Part shown: piece by piece, positions 29,563 through 38,990 of the stretch
Layout of the letters: each line of letters begins with the position of its first letter
Numbering within the stretch: position 1 is the first letter of the stretch
From: a virus
Reading direction: 5' to 3' (one strand)
Length of the DNA: 64,000 bases
Virus record (IMG/VR): IMGVR_UViG_3300006615_000024
Made by a program: the position numbers and the translations under genes
Notes under the pieces: generated by a model
Told to the model about the DNA's origin: nothing
What the model saw: the letters and a program-made list of their open reading frames with translations, nothing else
Database searches by the model: none

Positions 29563-30480
29563 TTACACCATCTGACCTATCATCCAAGATGCTAATACTT
29601 TCGGAGTCATATTACTACTTCTCCACTCAGCCTCTCCTACTACACGGAGCATCTTGAACTTGGATTGGTGCGAAGAATCCATCTTTAATATAATATCGTG
29701 CAAATTAATGCATATAGTCTTCATATCAGTAGAATCGTAAATCAATTTATGCACCTTCTCTAAAGCATTATTATAGTCATTTTCATTTATCATTTTCATT
29801 ATTTCAGAGTACGGTTCTAAACTTCTGTCTATTTGGTTTTGTAGGCTTCGATTACTCGATGAGGATGCCTGTAATTCGTTAATCCCTCGTCTCAAATCAC
29901 CCTGCAAATAGGTAATAAACCTTTGCAACTCTTCGTCAGAATACTGATTCACACCTTCTTCAGCCAAGATTTTTGTGAAAATATCTAACATACTTGTGGA
30001 GTTGACTCTCTTAAATTGGTAGTTGGCACATCTAGATTGTAGGGGATGAATAATCTTGTGTCTCTCATTACATGTAATAATGAACCTACAATTATCAGCA
30101 TACCTTTCCATGACTCTCTTCAATGCATTCTGAGCATCTTTAGTCATACCATCCATCTCATCAAGAAGTATAATCTTGAAAGGAGCATCACCGATAACTT
30201 TGGTAGATGCAATTTCCTTAATCTTGGTTCTGACAGTTTCTAGTTTCCTATCATCAGACGCATTAATCTCAAAGAAGTTACCTTGTTTATTATCACTTAG
30301 CAATTCATTGACTAACGCAATAGAAGCCGCAGTTTTACCTGTACCCGCTACACCGTAAAACAATACATTAGGCATATTACCTGATGTAACCCAATGTTCT
30401 GCATCTAATACAAAACTTAGTTGTCCTACTATCTCACTCAATCTAGTTGGTCTATATTTCTCTGTCCATAATTCGCTCAT
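29563..30480 (-). CDS. rfcS: Replication factor C small subunit (clamp loader)
   Basis: WTEKYRP, GVAGTGKT, EINASDDR, LDEMD, QSRC. Confidence 0.95.
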   Translation of the reverse strand: MSELWTEKYRPTRLSEIVGQLSFVLDAEHWVTSGNMPNVLFYGVAGTGKTAASIALVNELLSDNKQGNFFEINASDDRKLETVRTKIKEIASTKVIGDAPFKIILLDEMDGMTKDAQNALKRVMERYADNCRFIITCNERHKIIHPLQSRCANYQFKRVNSTSMLDIFTKILAEEGVNQYSDEELQRFITYLQGDLRRGINELQASSSSNRSLQNQIDRSLEPYSEIMKMINENDYNNALEKVHKLIYDSTDMKTICINLHDIILKMDSSHQSKFKMLRVVGEAEWRSSNMTPKVLASWMIGQMV

Positions 30481-31277
30481 TGTCTCACCTTTTTATCCCA
30501 ACCTAATGAAGATAGAATAATTGTATTTGCTTCAGAGTCCCTAAGACCCATTGTTCTATTCATATTAACTGCTAATTCAGAAGCAACTTCTTTTGTTAAC
30601 TCTAAGAACATACCATGTTCAAGATGATGGTAGCCATGTTCATGTTCTATAACACCAACAACATCATACAACCCTGTTTCATAGTTTCTAATAGTACTAT
30701 ACGCCTTTCTATTCTTTGTAGTACTACTAGGTGTAGGTTTAGAATAAGGGTTTACTTGAATAGTTCTAGGGACAATAGTTTGTTGTTGTGCCAACAGAAA
30801 CTTATCCTCTTTTTGTGTTCTATATGCGGCTTTACCTGATTTTGTTAAGCCATATTTTCTTAACCAATATCTTACTACTGCTTCAGATACACCAAATCTT
30901 TTTCCCATCTGATAGATAGGCATATCTTCTTCATAGTACAATCTCTTAAGAACAGTCTTAGATTTGTATTTCTGCGTTTTAGGTTTTGTCTTAGGCTTTG
31001 ACCCCCAAACTTTTTTCTTAACCTTCTTAACCTTCTTAGGTTCACTTACAGTTTCGAAGTATTTCTTAACTTGTTGTTCTTCTTTATTATGTTCAAGTTC
31101 TAAATTAAACATTTCAATATATTTGATTATAGTCCCAACAGGAACATTAAACATATCACTTATTTCTTTAGCAGACTTATCATTTAATACATACTGTTCT
31201 TCAAGCCACATTCTATTAGTGTAAAGTTTTTTACTTTTCTTACTTTTTGCATTTCTATTTTTCTTATTATTATACAT
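30477..31277 (-). CDS. DNA-binding protein with two HTH repeats
   Basis: WLEEQY...SAKEISDMFNVPVGTI and LKRLYY...QMGKRFGVSEAVVRYWLRKYGL. Confidence 0.65.
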   Translation of the reverse strand: MYNNKKNRNAKSKKSKKLYTNRMWLEEQYVLNDKSAKEISDMFNVPVGTIIKYIEMFNLELEHNKEEQQVKKYFETVSEPKKVKKVKKKVWGSKPKTKPKTQKYKSKTVLKRLYYEEDMPIYQMGKRFGVSEAVVRYWLRKYGLTKSGKAAYRTQKEDKFLLAQQQTIVPRTIQVNPYSKPTPSSTTKNRKAYSTIRNYETGLYDVVGVIEHEHGYHHLEHGMFLELTKEVASELAVNMNRTMGLRDSEANTIILSSLGWDKKVRQ

Positions 31278-31386
31278 TTTTTATTTCCTCCTTTGTAGGG
31301 TGTCCACATCTTTTGCAGACTAAGTTACCTCTTCTTGTTCTAACGTGAGGTAAAACGTGTAAACAGGATAAGCATATCTTATCCAT
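31270..31386 (-). CDS. Zn-ribbon microprotein (38 aa); not in the ORF track
   Basis: CLSC...CKRCGH; overlaps at both ends. Confidence 0.5.
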   Translation of the reverse strand: MDKICLSCLHVLPHVRTRRGNLVCKRCGHPTKEEIKNV

Positions 31387-32237
31387 TAAAACCACTCTCC
31401 CAATCCTTGTTGTGGTACTATTCTATCTGTTTTCTTTCTTCTTTTCTTCTCTCCTAAACCTAATAGCCTACATTCACCATTGTTTAGTTTAGTTTTAGCA
31501 TATTCTGCAAACTTATTATCCTTAAGTAAGTCAGTGAGTAGATAACACTCATGACGTTTTAATCCTAACCTTGATGCTAAGTTGGGTAGTTTAGAATAAC
31601 TACCACGTTTAGGCATTTGCATCTTACGGTTTAATCTACCATCATGTGTATATGCAAGCATTTCATAAAAATATGAACTAGGCCAACGCCTCTTAACTGA
31701 GAAATCTACAAATGATAACTTATTTGGATGTAAGTTAGGAACTAACCATGATAGAAAATGAATATCACTAGGTTTAGATAACTTCAACATTGATGCTATC
31801 TCATCTCGATTAGGGTTTTTCAAATACTCTCTTATCATAGGATACATGTCAATATCATACTCTTTTGCATCATCTGCTCTAGGTGATTCTACTTCATGTT
31901 CTATTTTCTTACCTGCTCTCTTTAATTTACATAATGAAAACAATTCTTTAGGTACTGATTTCTGATTATCAGAAACTAATATAACCTGTCCTCTATACTC
32001 TAACATTGTCTTTTTGATTAAGGCAGTATTAGGTTTGTAATGTACTTCATCAATAATAATACCTCTATCACTAGGGATACTATAATTATCATCAATAGTA
32101 TATTCGTTAGCATACATCACAATAGGATTGTTGGACACGAAAGACAACGCTTTGTCCATCTTGTCTAGTTTAGTGTTACCTACTATTATCATTGGTTTGT
32201 TATTCATATGTTCATTTGCTGTCTTTATCAGACTCAT
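31386..32237 (-). CDS. rfcL: Degenerate RFC large subunit-like protein
   Basis: IIIDEVH Walker B-like, no intact Walker A, C-terminal QQGLGEWF PIP box; near rfcS. Confidence 0.6.
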   Translation of the reverse strand: MSLIKTANEHMNNKPMIIVGNTKLDKMDKALSFVSNNPIVMYANEYTIDDNYSIPSDRGIIIDEVHYKPNTALIKKTMLEYRGQVILVSDNQKSVPKELFSLCKLKRAGKKIEHEVESPRADDAKEYDIDMYPMIREYLKNPNRDEIASMLKLSKPSDIHFLSWLVPNLHPNKLSFVDFSVKRRWPSSYFYEMLAYTHDGRLNRKMQMPKRGSYSKLPNLASRLGLKRHECYLLTDLLKDNKFAEYAKTKLNNGECRLLGLGEKKRRKKTDRIVPQQGLGEWF

Positions 32238-32550
32238 TTATTCTCACTTCCATTATTTCCTTATATTGTGTGTGGCAATTTCCACAGTGTATGTGTGCTA
32301 CATACCATTTTAATTCGCTTTCTTCTTTAACTCCGACCTCAAAACCGAAGTCTTTGTTTCCGCATTCTCTACATCCATCCATTAACATCCTAACAGTATG
32401 GTGTCTTACTATCTCAAAATCAGACATGTCTTCACTTGTTTCACCGAAACCAAAGGATTCTATTTTTTGCCCTACTAAACTAATAGAACAAACGGAACAT
32501 ACATCTCTGTTATGTTCAGACTCTCTATGATTACATCTAGAGCATAACAT
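32212..32550 (-). CDS. Multi-CxxC Zn-binding protein
   Basis: CSRC, CSVC, CREC, CGNC. Confidence 0.65.
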   Translation of the reverse strand: MLCSRCNHRESEHNRDVCSVCSISLVGQKIESFGFGETSEDMSDFEIVRHHTVRMLMDGCRECGNKDFGFEVGVKEESELKWYVAHIHCGNCHTQYKEIMEVRINESDKDSK

Positions 32551-33005
32551 CAGAGTACCCCTTTCAGTTTCAATATCTCATCAAGACCTTCTGATGTAAG
32601 ATGTTTCTTTCCTTCGACATTAGCAAGTATCAATAGGAACTTTAACCACACATCTCTACTACCTTCATCCCCAATGTAAAGAGCATTATCTTCATCTAAA
32701 GCATTTTGAAGATAGGTTGATTGAAAGTTTCTAATATGCTCCAATCTTCCTATCCTCAATATTGGTCTAGGTCTTACTTTAGACTCTACTTCTTTGATAT
32801 TACAGTAGATACCATTCTGCATAAAGACCCGTTGTACCTTAGTTAGTAAGTGCATATCTCCTCTCATTACAATTGAGAGTTTGACCTTATACCCCAAATC
32901 ATGATTATTATCTCTGTTGATAACGACCACAGGCTTTGCTAGTATTGCACATACACCTGAAATAACATCTTTGTTTAACCCAACAACTGACGCTGTATTC
33001 CACAC
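32550..33005 (-). CDS. Degenerate LAGLIDADG-fold protein
   Basis: C-terminal KHLTSEGLDEILKLK is typical of single-motif LAGLIDADG endonucleases; the catalytic LAGLIDADG helix is not recognisable. Confidence 0.5.
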   Translation of the reverse strand: MWNTASVVGLNKDVISGVCAILAKPVVVINRDNNHDLGYKVKLSIVMRGDMHLLTKVQRVFMQNGIYCNIKEVESKVRPRPILRIGRLEHIRNFQSTYLQNALDEDNALYIGDEGSRDVWLKFLLILANVEGKKHLTSEGLDEILKLKGVL

Positions 33006-33042
33006 GATTAGCCCTATGCGAATAGGTACATAACCATTTACC

Positions 33043-34593
33043 CTAAGCCATCATCTGCAAGTCTAAAATAGAGTTACATTCCTTAGCGAACTTATCGTTT
33101 CTAATCCTTAGAACTCTAGGAAAACGCAGTCCATAATTACCTTCTGCGTCCCTTGATATTAAATCACAAGTTACTTCTAATACAACTCTAGGCAGTACAT
33201 GGAAAACTTCAGCATTGAACTTCTCAATAATCTTCTTTAGTTCCGTTGTTAAAAACATTAAATCACCATCAGACAATCCTGTTCCTACTGAACCCACTGA
33301 TAGATAACCAGTAGGAGAAGAGTCATCTTTAACTGAAATACCAAACGTACCAAAGACATTACTTCTTTTACCATCACCATACTTAGCAGAAGTAATCACT
33401 ACATCTAAATCAATTCTAGGTGGTTTGTGTTTTACCATAGCACTAGTTCTTCTTCCTGCCTGATAAGTAGCGTCTAAATCTTTTATCATAATACCTTCAA
33501 AGCCTTCGTTGATAGCCATGTTATAGGCTCTTTCAATGTCTTTATCTGTAAAGGATATTGCTCTATTGATAGAAGGAAAATCAGGCATATGAATTAAACG
33601 TTCTTTGTATTTTTGTTCTATCAAACTATGACCCATGTAATATAATATGTCAAAGATAACTAAGTGTACAGGACATGTTTCCACCGCAGTTTCAATGTCT
33701 TTAGAATGAACTCTTGTTGCCAGTTTCTTATGGTCAGCAGGGGCTGTACTACCTACTCTTTCTACGGGGTAAATCTCAGTATCTAGAATAAAGGTACTAG
33801 CATTAAACGTTTTAGCCAACTCAACTATGTCAGGATATTGTCTAGTAACTACCTTACCTTTCCTGTTGAATATAATTACGTTATCCTTGTCTCGATGAAT
33901 CTGATACCTATTACCATCATACTTGTAATCAATTAGATAATTATCAGGTGTTACATACGGAGTCTTAAACTTCTTCGCTAGTGAACACTGAATATACTTA
34001 CCGACTCCTGAATGTGTTGGTGGTGTATTACCACTAGATAGATACCTAAACACTTCAGCAGGTGAATGTAGTTTGAGATATTCTTCACGGAATCGAGTGT
34101 TGAACCTACGCTTCAATAGAGAACCTAGAGCCTTTTCTCCGATACCGTTTCTAGGGTGTCTAAGCCAATAGCGAATAAACCACTTAACTTCTAATGCTGA
34201 CATTTCATTCAATGCTTCATTAATCATAGTGTATGAATTGCCATTGATAGAAGAACAATCTAATGTCAGTAGTGAATACATATTTCTAATTGTATAGTTA
34301 GAATCTTTGTTCCACTCACCATCTAGAAACTTGTATATCCCTTCACCTAAATCACTCCACATACCTGCTTGTGATTTAACCTCATCTTCAAACATCTGTA
34401 ATGAGTTAGCAATCCATGTAACTGCTCTCTTGTTACCAATGTTATTAGTCTCAAGATTTAGTGATAGAATATCTAATACAACATTAGGGTTACTAAATGA
34501 ACTAAGTGACTCATCTAGTATTCTAATCTTGTCTGTTGTTCTATTTTGTTGTTCTATTGCTTCGCACATTCTTGCAAATCTAATTAGACTCAT
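33043..34593 (-). CDS. lig: ATP-dependent DNA ligase
   Basis: KYDGNR (motif I), LDTEI, FDILY, EGIMIK, KHK, LRFPRVLRIRNDK. Confidence 0.95.
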   Translation of the reverse strand: MSLIRFARMCEAIEQQNRTTDKIRILDESLSSFSNPNVVLDILSLNLETNNIGNKRAVTWIANSLQMFEDEVKSQAGMWSDLGEGIYKFLDGEWNKDSNYTIRNMYSLLTLDCSSINGNSYTMINEALNEMSALEVKWFIRYWLRHPRNGIGEKALGSLLKRRFNTRFREEYLKLHSPAEVFRYLSSGNTPPTHSGVGKYIQCSLAKKFKTPYVTPDNYLIDYKYDGNRYQIHRDKDNVIIFNRKGKVVTRQYPDIVELAKTFNASTFILDTEIYPVERVGSTAPADHKKLATRVHSKDIETAVETCPVHLVIFDILYYMGHSLIEQKYKERLIHMPDFPSINRAISFTDKDIERAYNMAINEGFEGIMIKDLDATYQAGRRTSAMVKHKPPRIDLDVVITSAKYGDGKRSNVFGTFGISVKDDSSPTGYLSVGSVGTGLSDGDLMFLTTELKKIIEKFNAEVFHVLPRVVLEVTCDLISRDAEGNYGLRFPRVLRIRNDKFAKECNSILDLQMMA

Positions 34594-34819
34594 CGGAGTT
34601 CACCTTATAATTATCATTAATCTTAGTCAAACCTTTTAGTAAAACATCTAGTTCATCCATGTTCATTCGGATTCCTTTTCTAGACGGTTTACCATTAGTG
34701 TACCACCTAACATCTACTACATCTATTTTGTAGTATTGTCCTTTCTTTACTATCATTTCCATTGTCGCATTTCTTGGTATTCTTAATACCGTTTCTAACT
34801 CTTTACTCATTCGTACCAA
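34580..34819 (-). CDS. PC4/YdbC-like ssDNA-binding protein
   Basis: VVDVRWY...PSRKGIRM...EL signature. Confidence 0.75.
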   Translation of the reverse strand: MVRMSKELETVLRIPRNATMEMIVKKGQYYKIDVVDVRWYTNGKPSRKGIRMNMDELDVLLKGLTKINDNYKVNSDESN

Positions 34820-35208
34820 CCTTCCTTAAATCTATTCAAATCTTTTAGAGAAGTAAACGTTCTAATTCCTTCAACGTCATCAACTCTTGTGGCGATATAC
34901 ACCACGCCCCCTAAACTACTAATCTTAATTATCTCATATGTTCTATTCTCAGGATGTTCGTAAACTTCCATTGTTTCTATCTCAGGAACTAAACCATAGT
35001 TCTTAGATAGTTCTGTACTTATTGAGTTAATGTTGTTAGCAACATACTTTATTATCAATGCCTTTTGTATTGGGACTTTAGCATCAACTACTAGTTTTAT
35101 TTTACCACTCATTTCACAAACAATACACTTGTTACCTAAACAAATAGGACACTCTATCTCCGCAGGAAGCGGAGCAGGGAACTGAACAGTTACTGCTTTC
35201 TTTTTCAT
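34807..35208 (-). CDS. Hypothetical protein with a CxxCxGxxCxxC Zn finger
   Basis: CPICLGNKCIVCEMSG. Confidence 0.6.
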   Translation of the reverse strand: MKKKAVTVQFPAPLPAEIECPICLGNKCIVCEMSGKIKLVVDAKVPIQKALIIKYVANNINSISTELSKNYGLVPEIETMEVYEHPENRTYEIIKISSLGGVVYIATRVDDVEGIRTFTSLKDLNRFKEGWYE

Positions 35209-35696
35209 TCTCTACCATTCCATACACGATATTTTACTTCATATTCAACTGTTACATCGAATGGAAAAGTAGCAAACATAAGTGTTGCATTCCCAAATTG
35301 TGGCGCGTATCCTGTATTCCATAGTAGACTATCTTGTAGTAAATGACCTTCAATGCTAAATGAATAGTTGTTAAATATAACAGAATTATTCACAATATCA
35401 AAACTAAGATGGGTTACATTATAGTGAAAATAATCTAACTCAATTAATCCATAAGTAGTATTAACATCCAACCAAACAGTTTGCTGTGTTGAGTTATTAC
35501 TGTCGTTAATTAAAAATGTAAACGTACCATTAATGGTTGTCCATTCTTTAGGTGCTTCTGCTTCTTCTTCAAACACTTCATCAGGTGTAGGGATTGTACA
35601 TCCTGCTAACAAAGTTGTAAGAATTAAGAATACAAATCCAAACTCCTTAAGAGTTGTTTGTCTGCTGTTTTCCATAGTTAATCTTTCATCACTCAT
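35205..35696 (-). CDS. Predicted lipoprotein
   Basis: Hydrophobic signal FVFLILTTL followed by lipobox LAGC. Confidence 0.6.
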   Translation of the reverse strand: MSDERLTMENSRQTTLKEFGFVFLILTTLLAGCTIPTPDEVFEEEAEAPKEWTTINGTFTFLINDSNNSTQQTVWLDVNTTYGLIELDYFHYNVTHLSFDIVNNSVIFNNYSFSIEGHLLQDSLLWNTGYAPQFGNATLMFATFPFDVTVEYEVKYRVWNGRE

Positions 35697-36037
35697 ATTT
35701 CTTCCTCGTCATAAAAAGCATCAATGGTAGGCTCTGAGCCACCATCAAATGCAATTACCCCTTCAACATGTAGGTTATCAGTCTTTTCTTGGCGTTTTAA
35801 TTCCTTAAGTATGTCTTTTTCGTGTTGTACTTCCATCATAATAGTAAATGCCCTATCTAATTTCTTGTTAGAGAAATCAATCTGTTCAGTCATACCGTTC
35901 TTGGTAATCATACAGTCATCCAACATTTTCCGCATAAAACAAACAAGGTCTAACAGTTCCTTGTTATCTTTTACTAGTGTTTTAACACCTTTCGCTACAT
36001 CATTCGCACCTTCTATCAATTTTTTACTTTTATTCAT
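35693..36037 (-). CDS. Hypothetical coiled-coil protein
   Basis: 114-aa ORF in the operon. Confidence 0.55.
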   Translation of the reverse strand: MNKSKKLIEGANDVAKGVKTLVKDNKELLDLVCFMRKMLDDCMITKNGMTEQIDFSNKKLDRAFTIMMEVQHEKDILKELKRQEKTDNLHVEGVIAFDGGSEPTIDAFYDEEEI

Positions 36038-36223
36038 TTATTCTTCCTCCAATATTATACATTTTTGTAAATATACTGCTAAATCCAAAGCCTCTTCCTG
36101 TGCATGGATTAACCATGCTTTTCGAGTCAAGTCTTTTCTTTCCATAGTAGTATTATACTTCCTCTTACCTATTTCGGCTCGTTGCCTTAACTTTCCTATT
36201 ACTATCTCTTCTATTTCACTCAT
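36038..36223 (-). CDS. Small all-alpha NTP pyrophosphohydrolase (MazG-like)
   Basis: GKRKYNTT...HAQEEALDLAVYL (EExxD). Confidence 0.65.
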   Translation of the reverse strand: MSEIEEIVIGKLRQRAEIGKRKYNTTMERKDLTRKAWLIHAQEEALDLAVYLQKCIILEEE

Positions 36224-36446
36224 CTTCTTTCGCCTTCCTTCTTTCGTGCATCACATCTTCAAACGCATGAAGTTGTGCTTCAGTCATATGACTAGTAAAT
36301 ATAGTACCACTAATCATATGAATATCAGTAAGATATGTGTTTTTCTTCAACATACCTTGTGCTTCTTCATTAATGCAATACCCACTAATGTCATCTACCT
36401 TCAGAGTAGTGACACCTGAATTAGTTACTAGACTAATTAATCTCAT
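36216..36446 (-). CDS. Hypothetical protein
   Basis: 76-aa ORF overlapping its neighbours. Confidence 0.55.
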   Translation of the reverse strand: MRLISLVTNSGVTTLKVDDISGYCINEEAQGMLKKNTYLTDIHMISGTIFTSHMTEAQLHAFEDVMHERRKAKEDE

Positions 36447-36952
36447 TCCTCTTCCCCACTGTATGAACTCTGTTGTTCTAATAGCCCATAGAAAACTTTC
36501 TTTGCTACAATAGTTTCAGGATTGAATGCTAGATATTGGTTATCACCAAGAACAATAGCAGACTTTAGTATAGGTTTCCAAGTGTTAATTGTTGACCAAT
36601 CAGTTGAACTGAAATAAGCCTGACCAAAAGGATGAGTGTGAATCCAACACTTAATCGGTATTCTCATCGGTGCGCCGTTTACTAGTTCATCTTCATGCCC
36701 TTCGAATGATACATAGGATGGGTCGCCACTGCTGATGTATAAATCATCTTTATCATCAACAACTACTTGTACTTCCATTCCTTCTAATGTATCTATTGAC
36801 ATTTTCCAAATTGCTGTTAGGAAGGCTTCAGTGGAATTGTTAGGGAAGAGATATTCTATATCATCTGCCATATCATTATGCACATCTCTTATGTGCTGTT
36901 TCCAATCAAACTCCTTCATTGCCTTTTCATTTTCTGTTACTTCTTTTTCCAT
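36443..36952 (-). CDS. JAB/MPN+ (JAMM) metalloprotease
   Basis: Upstream Glu (MEVQVV) plus HTHPFGQAYFSSTD = HxHx7SxxD. Confidence 0.9.
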   Translation of the reverse strand: MEKEVTENEKAMKEFDWKQHIRDVHNDMADDIEYLFPNNSTEAFLTAIWKMSIDTLEGMEVQVVVDDKDDLYISSGDPSYVSFEGHEDELVNGAPMRIPIKCWIHTHPFGQAYFSSTDWSTINTWKPILKSAIVLGDNQYLAFNPETIVAKKVFYGLLEQQSSYSGEEE

Positions 36953-36954
36953 TT

Positions 36955-37098
36955 TTATTCCTCCTCATTTTTCTTTGCTGACGCTCTCTCTAATTGAATC
37001 CAATTAGAAAACGTTAGACTTTCGTTTATTCTTCCATCAAGTAATGCTTGTTCATAATCATCACGCATCTCTTGAAACTTTCTTCCCATCTTTCCCAT
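36955..37098 (-). CDS. Hypothetical microprotein (47 aa); not in the ORF track
   Basis: MGKMGRKFQEMRDDYEQ...; exactly fills the gap between annotated ORFs. Confidence 0.5.
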   Translation of the reverse strand: MGKMGRKFQEMRDDYEQALLDGRINESLTFSNWIQLERASAKKNEEE

Positions 37099-37337
37099 TA
37101 TATTCCCCCCATATTATCTATAATCATATCTTGACTGTTAACAAACTCATGATAGGCTCGATGACCCGCAATGAATCCACCTGCATGTCTTTTAGTTCCT
37201 AAGAACTCCTCACCACAAACAGGACAAGTAACCTTTACTATCTCTGCTTGTTGGTAATATCCATCTGTTGAAATTACATTCATAACTTCGTCAATCATTT
37301 GTTCATCTATGTCTTCTATATTCTCTTCATCACTCAT
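37098..37337 (-). CDS. C2H2-like Zn-finger protein
   Basis: CPVCGEEF...HRAYH. Confidence 0.6.
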   Translation of the reverse strand: MSDEENIEDIDEQMIDEVMNVISTDGYYQQAEIVKVTCPVCGEEFLGTKRHAGGFIAGHRAYHEFVNSQDMIIDNMGGI

Positions 37338-37606
37338 ATTTTCACCTTCATATAATGTCTTAATGTTTTTATTGGCCTGAGTATTTGTTTACTCTCGACC
37401 TTGGTTTCTGTTTTAGATTCTACTACTGTTGTAGTTTTACTAAAAGCACTTACACCACTTTTTATTCTTCGCCTGTACTGTTCTCTCCACATTACTTGAA
37501 CACAGTCATTGCAGAACCTTCTGCTATCTGCCAAGTGTTCGGGAACAGGCTCATCCTCTTTACCACAAAGAGTCTTTCCTAATATTGAAAAACAGATATA
37601 TTTCAT
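37334..37606 (-). CDS. Cys-containing hypothetical protein
   Basis: C...CG...CNDC; coupled overlaps. Confidence 0.5.
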   Translation of the reverse strand: MKYICFSILGKTLCGKEDEPVPEHLADSRRFCNDCVQVMWREQYRRRIKSGVSAFSKTTTVVESKTETKVESKQILRPIKTLRHYMKVKI

Positions 37607-37749
37607 TATTCAAAACCCCCTCTCTCTATTATTCTTTTCTCTAGTAGTTTTAGTGAACCATACCTACCTTTGTCATAGCACTTCCAACAGAGTGGGCGAC
37701 CAATATAGGTAAACTTTGATTCGTTTTTATTACATACTATGCACTTCAT
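37606..37749 (-). CDS. Zn-finger microprotein (47 aa); not in the ORF track
   Basis: MKCIVC...LCWKC; overlaps at both ends. Confidence 0.55.
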   Translation of the reverse strand: MKCIVCNKNESKFTYIGRPLCWKCYDKGRYGSLKLLEKRIIERGGFE

Positions 37750-37958
37750 TTTTCCATCTCCTTTTCCACCTTCCACTTCAATACTAAAGCCCTCACTAAC
37801 TTTGTTTTACTAATTCCAACTCTATTTTGCCATCCAGTTCCATCAGGTATATTCAAAAGAGTGCAAAGTTGCTTTATTGTAAACATATCGTATAGTTCAT
37901 CTTCAATACTTCTCTTCCTTTTGATAATTGATTTTGCTTCTTTTATCTTATCAATCAT
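37746..37958 (-). CDS. Hypothetical protein (possible SAP/Rho-N-like helical domain)
   Basis: TIKQLCTLLNI...GISKTKLVRAL. Confidence 0.45.
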   Translation of the reverse strand: MIDKIKEAKSIIKRKRSIEDELYDMFTIKQLCTLLNIPDGTGWQNRVGISKTKLVRALVLKWKVEKEMEK

Positions 37959-38185
37959 GTTTCCTTCTCCTTGTAAGCAGAATGTGTCTTTGGTAATCTA
38001 TGTAATCTTCTACTCATCATATTATTGATAAGAGAAGAAACAGAGTCAGCCCCATCCAAGAATCTTTTCTCTGCTGTCTTGTCACCTGAAGGACACATCT
38101 TCTCTTCTAATTCTGTTAAGTCTATTCTATCCATAAGATGCTTCAGTACTTCATACTCAACGTGTATCTTAGAAGCGGCTCTCAT
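37955..38185 (-). CDS. Hypothetical protein
   Basis: 76-aa ORF, ATGA overlaps. Confidence 0.55.
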   Translation of the reverse strand: MRAASKIHVEYEVLKHLMDRIDLTELEEKMCPSGDKTAEKRFLDGADSVSSLINNMMSRRLHRLPKTHSAYKEKET

Positions 38186-38400
38186 TGAAATACCTCCACC
38201 TGAGAAACTTTCAGAGTACTAGTAGCATCCCAATCATGAATCCATACTTCAGTTTGTACATCATCGTCTCGTATTCCCATTTCCCTTGCTGAATAGTAAA
38301 TATCTCTATCATTGAAAAACTTCTCTAGAAACTTATCTATTTGTTCAGGATATCCTGTCAGTGTTAGCATACTATCTGCTCCCCTACTTGGTGTAGACAT
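38182..38400 (-). CDS. Hypothetical protein
   Basis: 72-aa ORF directly downstream of the E1 gene. Confidence 0.5.
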   Translation of the reverse strand: MSTPSRGADSMLTLTGYPEQIDKFLEKFFNDRDIYYSAREMGIRDDDVQTEVWIHDWDATSTLKVSQVEVFQ

Positions 38401-38990
38401 TAAACATTCACCACCATTTTATCAGCAACGTTCTCATTGTCTTGCCACCATCTTTGAATCCACTGTACTGCAATACCTGCAATTGCAACTTGCATACAGT
38501 TTACTTGTTCAGGACTACCATCCCAATCTCCACCTTGACAACTGAATGAACCTTCTGCACCTGCTAACAAATCATCAACGAGATTAGCGTTAACCTTGTA
38601 AGAGATTAATGCCGCATTACGGCCTTGCGCTCTCAAATCTAACCACTTAGTTTTAGCATCATCACCATAACCTTGACGATATAGTAATCGCCTTACTGCT
38701 AGGTTATCAGCACAACAAACTACTAGGTCATACCCTTTCAATTGCTTCTCTACTAATACTTGATACGGTTGAGGCTTTACAGGTTTTAACCCATTTACCT
38801 TCAATCTATTATTGAGAGCATTAACCTTTGTCTGCCCTACCATATCAGCCATGAAGTTCTGATATGTTAGATTCTTCTCTTCTAACTTATCGTCATCAAA
38901 TACTGTTATGTCATAAATACCAATTCTCGATAGGAAGTCAACTAAATAACTTCCAATTCCACCTGTTCCTATTATCATTACTTTTCTCAT
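38400..38990 (-). CDS. ThiF/E1-family Ubl-activating enzyme
   Basis: IIGTGGIGS, DDDKLEEKNLTYQ, KVNAL, VCCADN, DLRAQG; candidate catalytic Cys in FSCQ. Confidence 0.9.
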   Translation of the reverse strand: MRKVMIIGTGGIGSYLVDFLSRIGIYDITVFDDDKLEEKNLTYQNFMADMVGQTKVNALNNRLKVNGLKPVKPQPYQVLVEKQLKGYDLVVCCADNLAVRRLLYRQGYGDDAKTKWLDLRAQGRNAALISYKVNANLVDDLLAGAEGSFSCQGGDWDGSPEQVNCMQVAIAGIAVQWIQRWWQDNENVADKMVVNV

